The notes: generated from the letters alone by a model not told the origin. 58,834 nucleotides of DNA from a virus (IMGVR_UViG_3300025645_000083:1-58834); one strand, 5' to 3'; counted from the first letter of the stretch, positions 48,001-55,964 are shown. Numbers and translations: made by a program.

Positions 48001-49671
48001 ATTCCTTTTAGATCTAAATTAGCTAAGTCTGATCAGAGTTTAGATGTACATACTATTTTACTTATGAACCTGAAAGAGGCTAAGAATTATGAGCAGAAAA
48101 AGAAACTTGAGGCTCAAGTACATGTTATGATTGATGTAATGAGTAATAGACTTATTCCTAATCATTCAGGATTACAGAAGCTTGCGGTAATGCACGGGTT
48201 CAGTAGAGATAAAGAGATACAGATGCATTTACCTAAGGAGCAATTACCTGAGGATGTTAAGACTCTTATTTCTATAATGGAAAGTAGAATCTATGGTATA
48301 AAAGAGAAAGATGCAGGTAGCGCGGCTGGTGTAAATATGCAGAAGGCAACTACTACTCTCTTGAAATATTCTGGTTCTGTTGCACTTATTGGTAACTTCG
48401 TTAACTCATTTGTGAATGCTACTACTGGTACAGTAAATAACTTAATAGAAGCATGGGGCGGTGAAACATACGGTATGAAGAACTGGAAAAATGCAGGACT
48501 TAAGTACTGGAAAGATGCAAAAGGTTTAGTAGGAGATATGGGTAGTAATACTCACTCATCTAGAACTAACATGATGCTAGATATATTCAACGTACTTGGA
48601 TCAAGAGAAAGTTTAAATAACAACTTCGAGGATAACTCTAGACTTAAGTCTATGATAAAAACAAGCAAGTTAAGACCTATTGCACAGGGTGGTGAACATA
48701 TGATGCAGGCTAAAGTAATGTACGCGGTCTTGGATAGAATTAAAGTCCTTAACAAGAAGGGGGAATTTTTAACAAAGGACGGCAAAGTGACAAAAGATGT
48801 CGACAAGGCTGCTACATTAGATGAAGTGATGTATTTTGAGAAAGATAAGAAAGGTGAAGCACACATGAAGTTGCCTAAATGGGCCGCTGCTACAACTTTT
48901 TCTCCTCAACCAGGTAAACAAGATGATATTCTTACAGAGGCTAGGGGACTGATCAAAAAGAAAATTATAGATCTTCACGGTAACTATGACAATGACTTAA
49001 AAAATCAAGCTCAGAGAGAATGGTGGGGTAAATTACTTTTCTTCTTAAAGAAATGGATGGAGTCAACTACTCTTCGTAGATTCAGAGGATATGCTACGGC
49101 ACTTAAAGCTTCTGAAGAATTACGCGATGTTGATAGGTTCTATTCTGAAGATATGAAGCAATATCAAGAAGGTTATTATGTAACAGCATTTAGATTTCTA
49201 AAGCACACATTACCTCAAGCAGTAAAAGAGTTTAAGTTTGAAGTAATTACAGGTAACTATAAAAACTTATCTAAGCATGAGAAAGCTAATATTCGTAGAA
49301 TAACGGCAGAGTTTGGTATGATGGCATTAACTCTGTTAGCTTATACTGCTATGGGAGGATTTGATGAAGAGCCAGATGATGATACTTTACTTGCTAGGTA
49401 TTACCTAAGAAGAGAACTATCAGAACTTACTTTCTATCTTAATCCTGCAGAGACCATTAAGCTAATGAAGAATCCAACAGCAAGTATCTCTGTTATAGAG
49501 AGATTTACTAAGATTTTAGGCCAGATGACATCTCCTACTGAAGTATATCAACAAGGTAAGAATGAAGGTAGGCTTAAACTATGGGTTAAGACTAAGAAAG
49601 CTTTTCCATGGTGGGCCCAAACTGAGAAGGATTACAAAGCATCGTTACGATTCTTACAGATCATGGACTAA
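39094..49671 (+). CDS. Virion-packaged DNA-dependent RNA polymerase (phi14:2 gp66-like) with C-terminal zincin and large helical extension
   Basis: TTDAQ, YRIPNQ, catalytic GSDFDIDK (DFDID at 43270-43284), YVDIAKDP; HEFAH at 45967-45981. Confidence 0.92.
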   Translation: MGNKSNCIGAMKFEEKLVDVLGTLELANAEARKIASDEFKEVFGDWEGNKEANWVDKYGALRQDDNGYPKLYKSGNEHYYKLADGKKHFLNKIKFPEIDPDDVYEITNQLKYELFSTKEGFDFNNIDEIKGLKIGESIQSSIDSYRSENAGDPDAIQRADLVQKYKEDFIIEVRTQIEDMGLTSSKRIKAGARKDQIQDLTDEQGNPESEISEEDKSTGMNFAENFTKNSKDSASVNVKLLLSTVLDSEVVVRKNADGSVYINNNGKTEAKLDTVSGRFLGKPQFVEFDDVWTTLEPMLSDLVNFNLGGDVQDVFDLMVEKIDGLKLVKPWTKGLADRLRELNTSDKIGERNKITEFFQAFSKASLTYYVTEVDGRNIKVINASATNSRTSKLKGEWGRGFRKKFLTNKGKMKKALDVDQISDLITESKNKFIKQAGTRGTAASQIKSISENLPILMQAMNALGINVNSLDMRNFILQVADPKKRYGEVKALYEGMEETMKHIKDEKSPFVTTVGEFKNPFDFQKVLSRVAGAQALSAIQLSENTIVGNEGKTYWTYSSLSYLHNKINAWKQQAGDDSTIDIKELAGQTYNKNSRWLKFLLASDIVNDSEREAKSLERIKSVEISLSSSIKSKNKNDGVDNTKITIADAINDSMVKILGKKGTLQKSIFPTIVPADKSRKMDIGGFDMHQTGIVYTKGKGVSIDNATIEIFVDYFEDEYNRMSEAADEIANLPDSEKIEHYHTKSMNALKSQLFPEFNPSEAEPKLKAILYDKNGHPKKSTMTGLTSSQKEALKPFVEQAIKDRMKETLVELRTNRIIEVNPKAKGELKPLTIDNTLMESYGTQESPIHTMVGDYVVNGLISTIEYTKLFSGDQAYYKNQSDLIKRVPATYTDGLQLRLSKNDHKYFNQATVNGVEVASSYIKEIQDSLTDKSLIEAYKNINTTDAQAWITPHRWKFLKERLGKWGAQHEKVFDKMMAGKELEPKELKLAAQPLKGVYFEINEGRPVYLKYSQAVLVPSLVKNTPMQKMYDKMTIDPATKKPYENKKDELHEVITRDGVKVGAKGITDIHKPGTLELMDEFELNSTPLLNGGWKLQQDLPTKLIHDTLTGSQIQKNILAGIDLTSGDANYELNGEPKTGGEIMELIHDTIGSLVSEGRASLQERFGIGEDNKITDMTGVYDALIDEFKSRGGDENIISALEKEMRFDAIPQLSGRVQSIFMSIFNKELVKVKTNGGSFIQVSPFGLESVQEIVKDSSGKGPAKVLRSGIKIVSDNYDGKGLKPPRIENGKVLPGQAMLPYSAIRATIDKHNRSLEKGDLNKIEDHPDFIKPWNMTAEKLKEILDPSALQMVSYRIPNQGMSSNDALEIVGILPPELGDSIIAYDAVPGKTGSDFDIDKMYVMTHHLEVKDGKIQKIPSNTDSKKGKQNMLVDLYSSVLLSPHTYDAMMTSIDAGFLKDDMQDLFPAPEMKSLQFMSPIQQIKTKFQYLSGKFGVAMIANQLVDHASNQSLNISLQGYLGIGHKDSKGHTKFDRTHDTNGKNSVSDVLSAFLNAYVDIAKDPYISRGNHNITTSNVTSMLIRAGAPISWVNRLIGQPILKDLVEIINMSEGKTAQRLVFQKDGKGKTVTPYEYVRLKYKVNESEANEIDVAGLSESKMEAAIRRTGPLTTEQKIEQGKILDIFEFLQDHSKSFSASVNAAKADTKGNGGGVVARQIAENKVNEVLNSGRILGFETKGFTGKHLNETMMGHYYKQAVLWVGDILQASDLFLVGKNEVLSAFNEISITLGKGVLKDPELGRVLEASFRSYSMSGLSVFKNNNADHDYLFKQLPEKIHALKEAGSTNFLVKELRIDSSGGYEFLGIDSRAATKSFNNKMYRAWSRLLNSSDPSEKELGIDLIRYAYSQSGFNNNLNQFFAHIPHNFFAENGINREIDEMFRTADKIVGGEDFQDQMIRHQWDNKTIGYKLVPELRFDRVKGFGGTYSNGTGFISDESKSSIALEEDKDTGIKLFPKFVKVDISERDASMPNYALFIFRGEKEGNPIYTRTHKLGHKSGKGSIFEYNEKNTPAKSVIEGNNIPVAINKEITKVMSELRSDPLFWEGSATITKDTAPSKNVREISTMVLDPNDITAFKNYLSKSGGKFPKTFFTNMTKFAEIKDSKTEGKGKMLDSHLWMINKNERYDMIDQITGEFVVVDVDLQTGLQYTEVKLDDLSDGVQEERMLSSSNDYLLEELSVFNAKIAHMQKSMNVEVIMDPTIPTSRVLSANDPRTIAAGKPVILINPKAVFKTTAIHEFAHVFIDAFPGGLKNKRLQRALKDLEGTALYDEVKEAYPELDNEMFQKELLATAIGREGADIWDSKEKESMWTAFKDWFFDFLRRTFNLKQSEVTSLTKELLSNTVKSDLLDNLSNFAQQEKNFGQKKKDPEAVILDNTYEQIISSISNLRQAIEPRTKNEIAAEELKKAGLDKGEKTKFQEVKDLDKKLTEEMDKLNNTANARAMIRYVDFSEKSVNQYKALVSRLAERGKLTPEEIKNIKFFTSVFTMIPDVKQLMLEQYNKGYLKNDNGQKKKRMDVLDKIIADYDTLNQEMLGVSRRIYAKTMVDNSNEHVTVWRTKYEKEYAELEAKNSKPDESIHVWVNEKMIANADTIQAEAFEFYEEQAKKSLSDIHASTGWLVSEKNIANAEIQTVSAMIDAADFEVDRWVQSQAKLVEEAYENFSKAYPSSIGSEERYRKFIDQTDEGSYLISEYNPGFLSKYYEANSWMNRSVYEEKFKGIEISEDGSYTLNGEKKSLHLPSNGLKVEGTHVFYTEAGIVYSMTLEEAIGKTERANWIEANTDSKKTTYGLDIKPKKKLWSNKAYDALSVKDREHLKAMKKMIVDANVLTGGKQSLIEKAGVVDFYRLPGITRSSQARAIAGDLKSLVSDSVTDMFKKKEDEFELEDTGTKAENKGKDSIKRMADLTNKQKFDVPIPFRSKLAKSDQSLDVHTILLMNLKEAKNYEQKKKLEAQVHVMIDVMSNRLIPNHSGLQKLAVMHGFSRDKEIQMHLPKEQLPEDVKTLISIMESRIYGIKEKDAGSAAGVNMQKATTTLLKYSGSVALIGNFVNSFVNATTGTVNNLIEAWGGETYGMKNWKNAGLKYWKDAKGLVGDMGSNTHSSRTNMMLDIFNVLGSRESLNNNFEDNSRLKSMIKTSKLRPIAQGGEHMMQAKVMYAVLDRIKVLNKKGEFLTKDGKVTKDVDKAATLDEVMYFEKDKKGEAHMKLPKWAAATTFSPQPGKQDDILTEARGLIKKKIIDLHGNYDNDLKNQAQREWWGKLLFFLKKWMESTTLRRFRGYATALKASEELRDVDRFYSEDMKQYQEGYYVTAFRFLKHTLPQAVKEFKFEVITGNYKNLSKHEKANIRRITAEFGMMALTLLAYTAMGGFDEEPDDDTLLARYYLRRELSELTFYLNPAETIKLMKNPTASISVIERFTKILGQMTSPTEVYQQGKNEGRLKLWVKTKKAFPWWAQTEKDYKASLRFLQIMD

Positions 49672-49695
49672 CAGCTAAAAGTAGTTGTGGACAAT

Positions 49696-49736
49696 AAAAA
49701 AAAACTCTGTTGGTTATAAGCCTTCAGAGTTTTTTT
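49696..49736. terminator. Bidirectional terminator at the convergence of the two genome arms
   Basis: A9-CTCTG...CAGAG-T7 inverted repeat. Confidence 0.8.
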
Positions 49737-50337
49737 GTATTTTATAATTAAGCTTGTCTCCTTTACGTAAATTATCTTCAGCCCATAAAGGCTGTAAATT
49801 CGTATAGTGACAGAGTTTTGCCAATTCTTCTTCAGTCTTAGCTGAAGCTAATGGTATTATGTGGTCAATGTGCCACTCAGATCTATTGTCCCAAGACATA
49901 CCTTCTGTAAATTGTTTTTCTATATGTTTATGTGCTGTTTTAAAATCACATCCTAACATTGATAAATTGCTTGAATTTTTTATCCATTTTTTTGACTTAA
50001 AAGCCCTTAGAGTTCTCCTCCTTATTCTAGATGTCAGATTGTATAAGCTGTCTTCTTTGTGTCTTTTTCTTCTGTGTTTATTTCTTGCATCTTTTACTTT
50101 TTTAGATTTTCTATATTTTTTCATATATTCTAATCTTTCCTTTTTTCTTTCATTTGAAAAATCCTTGTATGATGGAAATTTTACACCATCATTTTTCATT
50201 TTAATATATTTTTTACTATTTATTTTTTTCATGCAGTATTTGCAAATTGAATATACACCTCCTTTTCCATAATCATTTTTACTAAACTCACTTAATTCTT
50301 TTTCTTCATTACAATTTGTACATGTCTTCTTCTCCAT
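49714..50337 (-). CDS. Free-standing HNH homing endonuclease with N-terminal Zn finger
   Basis: CTNC...CKYC; WHIDHIIP...HYTNLQPLWAEDN. Confidence 0.9.
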   Translation of the reverse strand: MEKKTCTNCNEEKELSEFSKNDYGKGGVYSICKYCMKKINSKKYIKMKNDGVKFPSYKDFSNERKKERLEYMKKYRKSKKVKDARNKHRRKRHKEDSLYNLTSRIRRRTLRAFKSKKWIKNSSNLSMLGCDFKTAHKHIEKQFTEGMSWDNRSEWHIDHIIPLASAKTEEELAKLCHYTNLQPLWAEDNLRKGDKLNYKIQKNSEGL

Positions 50338-50357
50338 TCTCTCTTTCGTCTTTAATT

Positions 50358-50387
50358 AAAAAACCCCAAGATTTCTCTCAGGGTTTT
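50358..50387 (-). terminator. Rho-independent terminator upstream of the HNH gene
   Basis: Minus strand AAAACCCTGAGA-GAAA-TCTTGGGGTTTTTT (GNRA loop, U tract). Confidence 0.8.
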
Positions 50388-50449
50388 AGCGGTCTTTCAA
50401 AACACAGCCAAGGAACTACTTAGTAGTCCCGAGTATTCCATCTATATTT

Positions 50450-50938
50450 TTATTTATTGAATAATTTTTTTAAAAAGCCTCCTGTTTTAGTTTCTGGAGG
50501 TGTTGGCGCTTGTGGTGGTAACTGTATAGGTTGATTGCGTGGATTTATTGCTGTCGCGGCTTTAACAAGACCATTAACATTCTTTGTCATACCTGCCATC
50601 ATAGATTGTGCTGCCTGAGCAACATCTGCTTCTTCTGATTTCTTTACAATTCCTCTTTCTTCCAGGTCTGACCATGTTGTTTTGTGTTTTAATAACACAA
50701 CTCTACCACCATCTTGAGATGCTCTTATTGCTGCTTTAAAGTTCATAACACCAAAATGTTCCTCATCTAAACTCAATATACCTGTCCCAGGTTCATACCT
50801 ATATATTCCTTCAGGAACACCTTTGAATTCTTTAACATGAACATGTGTTATATCATAACTTTTTGTGACTACTTCACAGTCATCTAAGAAGTAGTCGTTG
50901 TAAGCCCCATATGACTTCTTTTCTTTTTTTTTTAACAT
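50450..50938 (-). CDS. Hypothetical protein with C-terminal amphipathic helix
   Basis: Ends KTGGFLKKLFNK after a Pro-rich linker. Confidence 0.7.
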   Translation of the reverse strand: MLKKKEKKSYGAYNDYFLDDCEVVTKSYDITHVHVKEFKGVPEGIYRYEPGTGILSLDEEHFGVMNFKAAIRASQDGGRVVLLKHKTTWSDLEERGIVKKSEEADVAQAAQSMMAGMTKNVNGLVKAATAINPRNQPIQLPPQAPTPPETKTGGFLKKLFNK

Positions 50939-51204
50939 TATTTTTCTAATTTACTATCTAATTTGAACCATTCTCTGTAAGAGTGATGATCTTCATCAGC
51001 TACTATATTAAATGAATGATCCATGTACATTTCGTCTATAATAAAGAACTCATCTTCTGTTCTTTTTGTTATCTTGTATGCTTTACCGGAATAGGAAAAT
51101 TTATATCCACTTCCTTTCATAACACCATCTTTTATTGCTATAAGATGTGTTGCTGTCGCTTCGTGTGGATCTAATACTGCTTTCTTTTTTCTTAATCCTA
51201 CCAT
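50938..51204 (-). CDS. Hypothetical protein
   Basis: Overlapping start/stop with neighbours. Confidence 0.65.
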   Translation of the reverse strand: MVGLRKKKAVLDPHEATATHLIAIKDGVMKGSGYKFSYSGKAYKITKRTEDEFFIIDEMYMDHSFNIVADEDHHSYREWFKLDSKLEK

Positions 51205-51509
51205 AGTTCATCTGAATTATCTCTTGTTATATACCCTTTAGCAAATTTAGATTTCACTATGTACTTTCTTGTTTCTAAATTCATTGTTGCAGTACACGCG
51301 TTCTCATGAACTGAATCAAACATATTTAATATGAATAAATAATCATCGTCTATATTATACATCCCTAATATTCTTACTACTTTTCCAGCAACATAACCAT
51401 GTGTATCATCGAAATTATCCCACCAGTATGCCACGCACTTATCTTGAACCTCCTTAAATATATGATAAGGTGGAGCGGTATCATATATACTTCTTTTCTT
51501 CTTTAACAT
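51198..51509 (-). CDS. Hypothetical protein
   Basis: Packed ORF in the minus-strand operon. Confidence 0.65.
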   Translation of the reverse strand: MLKKKRSIYDTAPPYHIFKEVQDKCVAYWWDNFDDTHGYVAGKVVRILGMYNIDDDYLFILNMFDSVHENACTATMNLETRKYIVKSKFAKGYITRDNSDELW

Positions 51510-51511
51510 AA

Positions 51512-51838
51512 TTATTTTTTTAAGTTATAAATTCTCTCATATTCAGCATCTATAACCGCTATATAAGAAATTACTTCATTAGGTTCATTTTGATTATATT
51601 CTATGTCATTAAGTGGTAAAAACTTTTCTCCTTTCTGTTTAAATACCTTAATATAGGAACTATTGTGTGCTTGTGCCGCTGCATATAAGGTAAATCCCTC
51701 TTTATTGCACCAGAGCTGAGCCTCTATGTTCCTATGATAGTATCTTCTTTTCTCTTCAGCCTTTATAGCTTCTTCTTTACGGCGTTGCTGTTGCTTTTGC
51801 TTTGAAGTCATACGTGTTTTTAGGCATAAACTTATCAT
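51512..51838 (-). CDS. Hypothetical protein
   Basis: Packed ORF in the minus-strand operon. Confidence 0.65.
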   Translation of the reverse strand: MISLCLKTRMTSKQKQQQRRKEEAIKAEEKRRYYHRNIEAQLWCNKEGFTLYAAAQAHNSSYIKVFKQKGEKFLPLNDIEYNQNEPNEVISYIAVIDAEYERIYNLKK

Positions 51839-51933
51839 TAAATCCTTTCATTGCTCTCTCTTGTTTCTTCTTCTTCAATAGATTCATCTTCACATATTTT
51901 TATCACCTCATCTAATGTTAATTGTTTTCCCAT
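51838..51933 (-). CDS. 31-aa acidic micro-ORF (MGKQLTLDEVIKICEDESIEEEETRESNERI)
   Basis: Not in the ORF track; fills the 51839-51917 gap, TAATG-coupled downstream, overlaps the end of the upstream gene. Confidence 0.55.
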   Translation of the reverse strand: MGKQLTLDEVIKICEDESIEEEETRESNERI

Positions 51934-52364
51934 TTTAATGAAATATTCTTTTTGTCTAAATTATAATTACTGTTAGAGGTCTCTATTACTTGTCTAAATC
52001 TTCCTGCTTGATAAGATATAACAGAGTCTCTCTCTCTCCATCCATTAACGAGTAAAGTTAATTTACTCTTACTTACAGTGAATGATTTTTTCTTTTGAGC
52101 TGACATTAATGCCTTTTCTGCCCAATAACCATCTCCGTCGAATGATAAAGGTAGGACTCTACATAAGTCTTCTTGATCAAATACGTCGGTATCTACTACA
52201 TATAATACATCTGCATCAGCTAAGTGTATAAACTTAGTATTCCATTGTTGTCCATTATTTGATAGGTAGTTTTTCTTTTTTTTCATTTCTTTTTTTAAAT
52301 CATCTGGTATAATACAAAATGATCCTTGACCAACCGGTCTCATTGCTTTTTTACTTAAAAACAT
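51918..52364 (-). CDS. Hypothetical protein
   Basis: ORF downstream of the RNR terminator. Confidence 0.65.
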   Translation of the reverse strand: MFLSKKAMRPVGQGSFCIIPDDLKKEMKKKKNYLSNNGQQWNTKFIHLADADVLYVVDTDVFDQEDLCRVLPLSFDGDGYWAEKALMSAQKKKSFTVSKSKLTLLVNGWRERDSVISYQAGRFRQVIETSNSNYNLDKKNISLKWENN

Positions 52365-52381
52365 ATTCTTTCTATTATGTT

Positions 52382-52412
52382 AAAAATAGGGATGGCATTA
52401 CACCATCCCTAT
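52382..52412 (-). terminator. Rho-independent terminator after RNR
   Basis: ATAGGGATGG-7nt-CCATCCCTAT with a T tract on the minus strand. Confidence 0.85.
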
Positions 52413-52422
52413 AAAATTAAAA

Positions 52423-54327
52423 TTACTTAATTGGGCATCCTCCGATACCACATGCACCTAAGTCTTCGATGTCATCTTCATTAATCTCTACTGAGGTTAT
52501 TGGGACAACTCTTTCCATTAAGTACTTATATTGCTCCTTAGTAATAGATTCTTCAGGTATTTGCTTAAATCCTGAAGCAGATCCTTTTAATAAGAAACTA
52601 AGCGTTTTGAAGTTTTCAGAAAAATTCTCTTCTACATACTCCTTTAACGCCGGTAAATCCTCTTTGGAATAGTAAGCAGTAACTGATACAGAGTTATCTG
52701 ACCAATTCTTCTGCATAAATTTAACTGTATCTAATTGCTCAAATACTGTCATATCCTCAAATGATACTACTCCGTCCGGGTATTTACAAGGAAATTCCAC
52801 TATCATGCTAGATCTATCTAGAGTACCGTCAAAGTTTTCTTTATACTCAACATGGAATCCATGAGACTTACATACCTCTATTAAAGGTGATGTTGATCCT
52901 ATGGTTATTCTTCTAATGTAATATTGCCCTGCAACTGAGGGATGTACTCCCGGTGTTACTCCTGCTAATAATGATAATGTTCCACTTGGTTTTACCGTAG
53001 TAAGCTTAATGCTTTCTGGGAATCCCATCGCCTTAGAGTATGTTTTATCATATTCTCTTAAGTACGTGTATCCTGGATCTAACCAACTTAATTGCTCATC
53101 TGAGCTCATCATTACTCCTGTTATGCCAATTCCCATTCTCATATTGGTATTCACTACTTTCTGAGTCTCTGGGTGATGACATTTTAAAGCTAACGAATGT
53201 TTGTTAACTCTATATAGCATAGTCATTACCTCCTTAAACCTTTCGTAGGTTTTAATATTAGGTAAGTAAATTTCTGCTAAACAGCATGTTTCTTTATCCT
53301 CTAATGATTGCTCAGCACAAGGATTGTATCCCTCTACTCTTGGATCAGGATACTTAAAATCTCCTGTTCTCCCAATCTTTTTTGATAAAGCTACATTAAC
53401 TAGACCATAAGGTTCGCCCTGCTTATACGTATCCCAAAACTCTTGAGGTAGTAATTTTGCATCTGGGCAATCAACAGAATTATTAGACATATTTCTCCAA
53501 TTCGGCACTTGGCCAAGGTCCCACCTTTTGGCTCTTAAAAACTCTAGGTCATCGTAATCACCTATTGCTATTTGAGCGGAACGTCTAACATTTCCTGCTA
53601 CAACTATACTTCCAATGATGTTCATAATATCTAAACAATCAATAGGATGCAGTTGCTTACCTCTTCTATTTTGTAGGACTGTGATAATCTTATCAAGTCC
53701 TTCTACAAGAATAGTAGGTCCAGAAGCTACTCCACCAAATCCTTGTATATCTTCACCATAGCCACGTATTAATTGACAGCTATAAGTGAATCCCTTACCG
53801 CCATAAAAGTGTGCCTTAAGTACTTTTCCAAGTAACTTAACCCATCCTTCTCTAGTATCTGGGACTATGTAATCAGCTTGCTTGTCATCAAACCTCTCTA
53901 TTTTTAACTTTTTGTTATTCACTTTTGGTAATTTATAAACATGCTCACGCTTTATAGAGTAACCTACTCCACTTCCTAGCATTAACATGTCCATACACCA
54001 TGTGAATGGTCTTATAGGATCATCTACAACAGTAAAGGCACAGTTTTGTAGACTAGGCAAACCTAATTCATCAACTGTTTTTGTACCTAACTGCCACATG
54101 AATCTTCCTGCCACAGATCCTTCCATATTGTGTCTCATGTCTCGGTAGAATTCCTTCTCCTCATCATTAAGAGTAAGTTTCAACTGCCGAGAAATTCCCG
54201 TTAGTTCGCGCTCAACACCTTCTGTAAAAGTTTCTTTACTTCCATCTTTTTTTGTTCTAGAATATGTTCTAGCATGGGTGATGTAACCCAATGGGCCCCA
54301 TTTAACTTTTCTCTCCTTCATTTTCAT
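52423..54327 (-). CDS. nrdJ: Class II adenosylcobalamin-dependent ribonucleotide reductase (monomeric RTPR type)
   Basis: RTYSR, LQNC, AGNVRRSA, NPCAEQ..CCLAE, TTVKPSGT, C-terminal CGIGGCPIK. Confidence 0.93.
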   Translation of the reverse strand: MKMKERKVKWGPLGYITHARTYSRTKKDGSKETFTEGVERELTGISRQLKLTLNDEEKEFYRDMRHNMEGSVAGRFMWQLGTKTVDELGLPSLQNCAFTVVDDPIRPFTWCMDMLMLGSGVGYSIKREHVYKLPKVNNKKLKIERFDDKQADYIVPDTREGWVKLLGKVLKAHFYGGKGFTYSCQLIRGYGEDIQGFGGVASGPTILVEGLDKIITVLQNRRGKQLHPIDCLDIMNIIGSIVVAGNVRRSAQIAIGDYDDLEFLRAKRWDLGQVPNWRNMSNNSVDCPDAKLLPQEFWDTYKQGEPYGLVNVALSKKIGRTGDFKYPDPRVEGYNPCAEQSLEDKETCCLAEIYLPNIKTYERFKEVMTMLYRVNKHSLALKCHHPETQKVVNTNMRMGIGITGVMMSSDEQLSWLDPGYTYLREYDKTYSKAMGFPESIKLTTVKPSGTLSLLAGVTPGVHPSVAGQYYIRRITIGSTSPLIEVCKSHGFHVEYKENFDGTLDRSSMIVEFPCKYPDGVVSFEDMTVFEQLDTVKFMQKNWSDNSVSVTAYYSKEDLPALKEYVEENFSENFKTLSFLLKGSASGFKQIPEESITKEQYKYLMERVVPITSVEINEDDIEDLGACGIGGCPIK

Positions 54328-54889
54328 CCTTGTTTAAAAATTGATCAATACTGAACTTTGTTACACTACAAAAATTAGAAAAATCCTCATTATTTAAATC
54401 AGGTTTACTTGACAATTCATGATTAGGATCTATTTTGACCTTTAATGCCTGATTCATCTTTATTCGTAACCCTTCATCTCTTGAGAGTATTTTCATAATC
54501 TTAGCCCTATTAGAGGCTCCTTTCTTTTTCAAGAAATTATCTATTGCAGTCTTGTGTTCGTCACTGAACATACTATATTTTCCATTAATAAATAAAGTCT
54601 TTGCATCCTTCATATTTGATGATAATCTGAACTTATAAAGTACCATATTATCATAGTCTTCATGACCAATATAAAGATGACTTTCCATTAATTCTTTTTC
54701 CCATGCTGTGTATTGTGGATTTGAACTCCATTCATACAACACGCAAAACTCATCTAATTCTCCATTACTTAAATACGAATTTCTAAGTAAATGTAAGTAT
54801 TTGAAGTCTATTTGTGCATCAACCATAGGTAGAAAATAAGTAAGACTTTTATTAAGAATGATTTCTATTTTATTCTTCTTTATATTCAT
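54302..54889 (-). CDS. Hypothetical protein (replication module)
   Basis: NKSLTYFLP, FINGKYS and ELSSKPD; overlaps both neighbours. Confidence 0.7.
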   Translation of the reverse strand: MNIKKNKIEIILNKSLTYFLPMVDAQIDFKYLHLLRNSYLSNGELDEFCVLYEWSSNPQYTAWEKELMESHLYIGHEDYDNMVLYKFRLSSNMKDAKTLFINGKYSMFSDEHKTAIDNFLKKKGASNRAKIMKILSRDEGLRIKMNQALKVKIDPNHELSSKPDLNNEDFSNFCSVTKFSIDQFLNKDENEGEKS

Positions 54890-55964
54890 CTACTATTCCA
54901 TCTAACATTATTCTTCCTTCATTTTCATACACCTCTTGCAAGTACTCACAATATCTGCCATCTTTGCAGTTATAGTAATCCTCTAAAAGGCTAGTCACTC
55001 CTCTATGTTTATACCCAAATACATCTTTAAAACCATTCATGGCATTCACATGTAATTCTTCAGGCATAACCCAGACGATTGGCTTATATGGATTCATTTT
55101 AGAGATATAAAGAAATTCAAACTCCTCTACTGTATATCCAACAAGGTCAGGGTCATTAGCCACAATAGTACGCAAGGCCTCTTTGTATAGAGCTCCTTGA
55201 ATGTAATACTTGTGTATAAGAATAACTTCATTAAACTTTTCAGCAGGAGATTCTCCTGTCTTTAAATCTACTGGATAGATTTTCTTTTCATTGTGGTCTA
55301 TCATAACACAATCTAGCATGCCTTTACATTGCACACCTCCTACTTCAGTAACAAACTTATATTGGTATATAAGATCAATGCCACTTTGATTCTGATCAAA
55401 ATACTTTGAAGAGAAATCATGCGTAATAAGAGTTTGTGCTGTCTCATAGGCTAATGCCCACATTTCAGGCTTAATTAACATCTTACCTCTTGCTTGTAAT
55501 TTATCTTTAAAATAATCTTTTCCATTGTTGACTGCCTCTAATGTTTTTGTGACAGTGTAATTTTTGTAAATTCCTAACGAAGTTGCTATATCACAAATTT
55601 GTTGTTTATAGTCATCTAAGTTATCTGTTACTACTTGTGATTTTTTACCTCCTAATATACCACTAGTACTATTAAAATCTCCTATTGGAGCATTAATAGT
55701 ATCAAGTAGAGCATCAAGTATGTTCTTAACATTTGTGGTAGGATTCTTTACTGACTTTCCGGTATAATACTTGCTAGATAACGTAAGTGGTTCGAAACAC
55801 ATATCATCTACTAAGCTACCAAATTTCAATACAAATCCTCCTGTTTTAATGCCATTAACGACATCAACTCCATGTTTAGATATAGATGCAAGCATACTAT
55901 AAGATGGTAAATCCAAGTCCCTATACTCCGATACCGGAATATTTAAATTGTGATCTTCTATCAT
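54870..55964 (-). CDS. PD-(D/E)XK exonuclease (RecE/ExoVIII-like)
   Basis: SYS, FGSLVD, KGMLD...DLKT, YYIQGALY. Confidence 0.85.
   Translation of the reverse strand: MIEDHNLNIPVSEYRDLDLPSYSMLASISKHGVDVVNGIKTGGFVLKFGSLVDDMCFEPLTLSSKYYTGKSVKNPTTNVKNILDALLDTINAPIGDFNSTSGILGGKKSQVVTDNLDDYKQQICDIATSLGIYKNYTVTKTLEAVNNGKDYFKDKLQARGKMLIKPEMWALAYETAQTLITHDFSSKYFDQNQSGIDLIYQYKFVTEVGGVQCKGMLDCVMIDHNEKKIYPVDLKTGESPAEKFNEVILIHKYYIQGALYKEALRTIVANDPDLVGYTVEEFEFLYISKMNPYKPIVWVMPEELHVNAMNGFKDVFGYKHRGVTSLLEDYYNCKDGRYCEYLQEVYENEGRIMLDGIVDEYKEE

Noticed and set aside
49714-50337. HNH as part of a group I intron, intein or IscB-like system
   Set aside because: Flanking genes are intact and uninterrupted, there are no RuvC motifs and no room for a large RNA.
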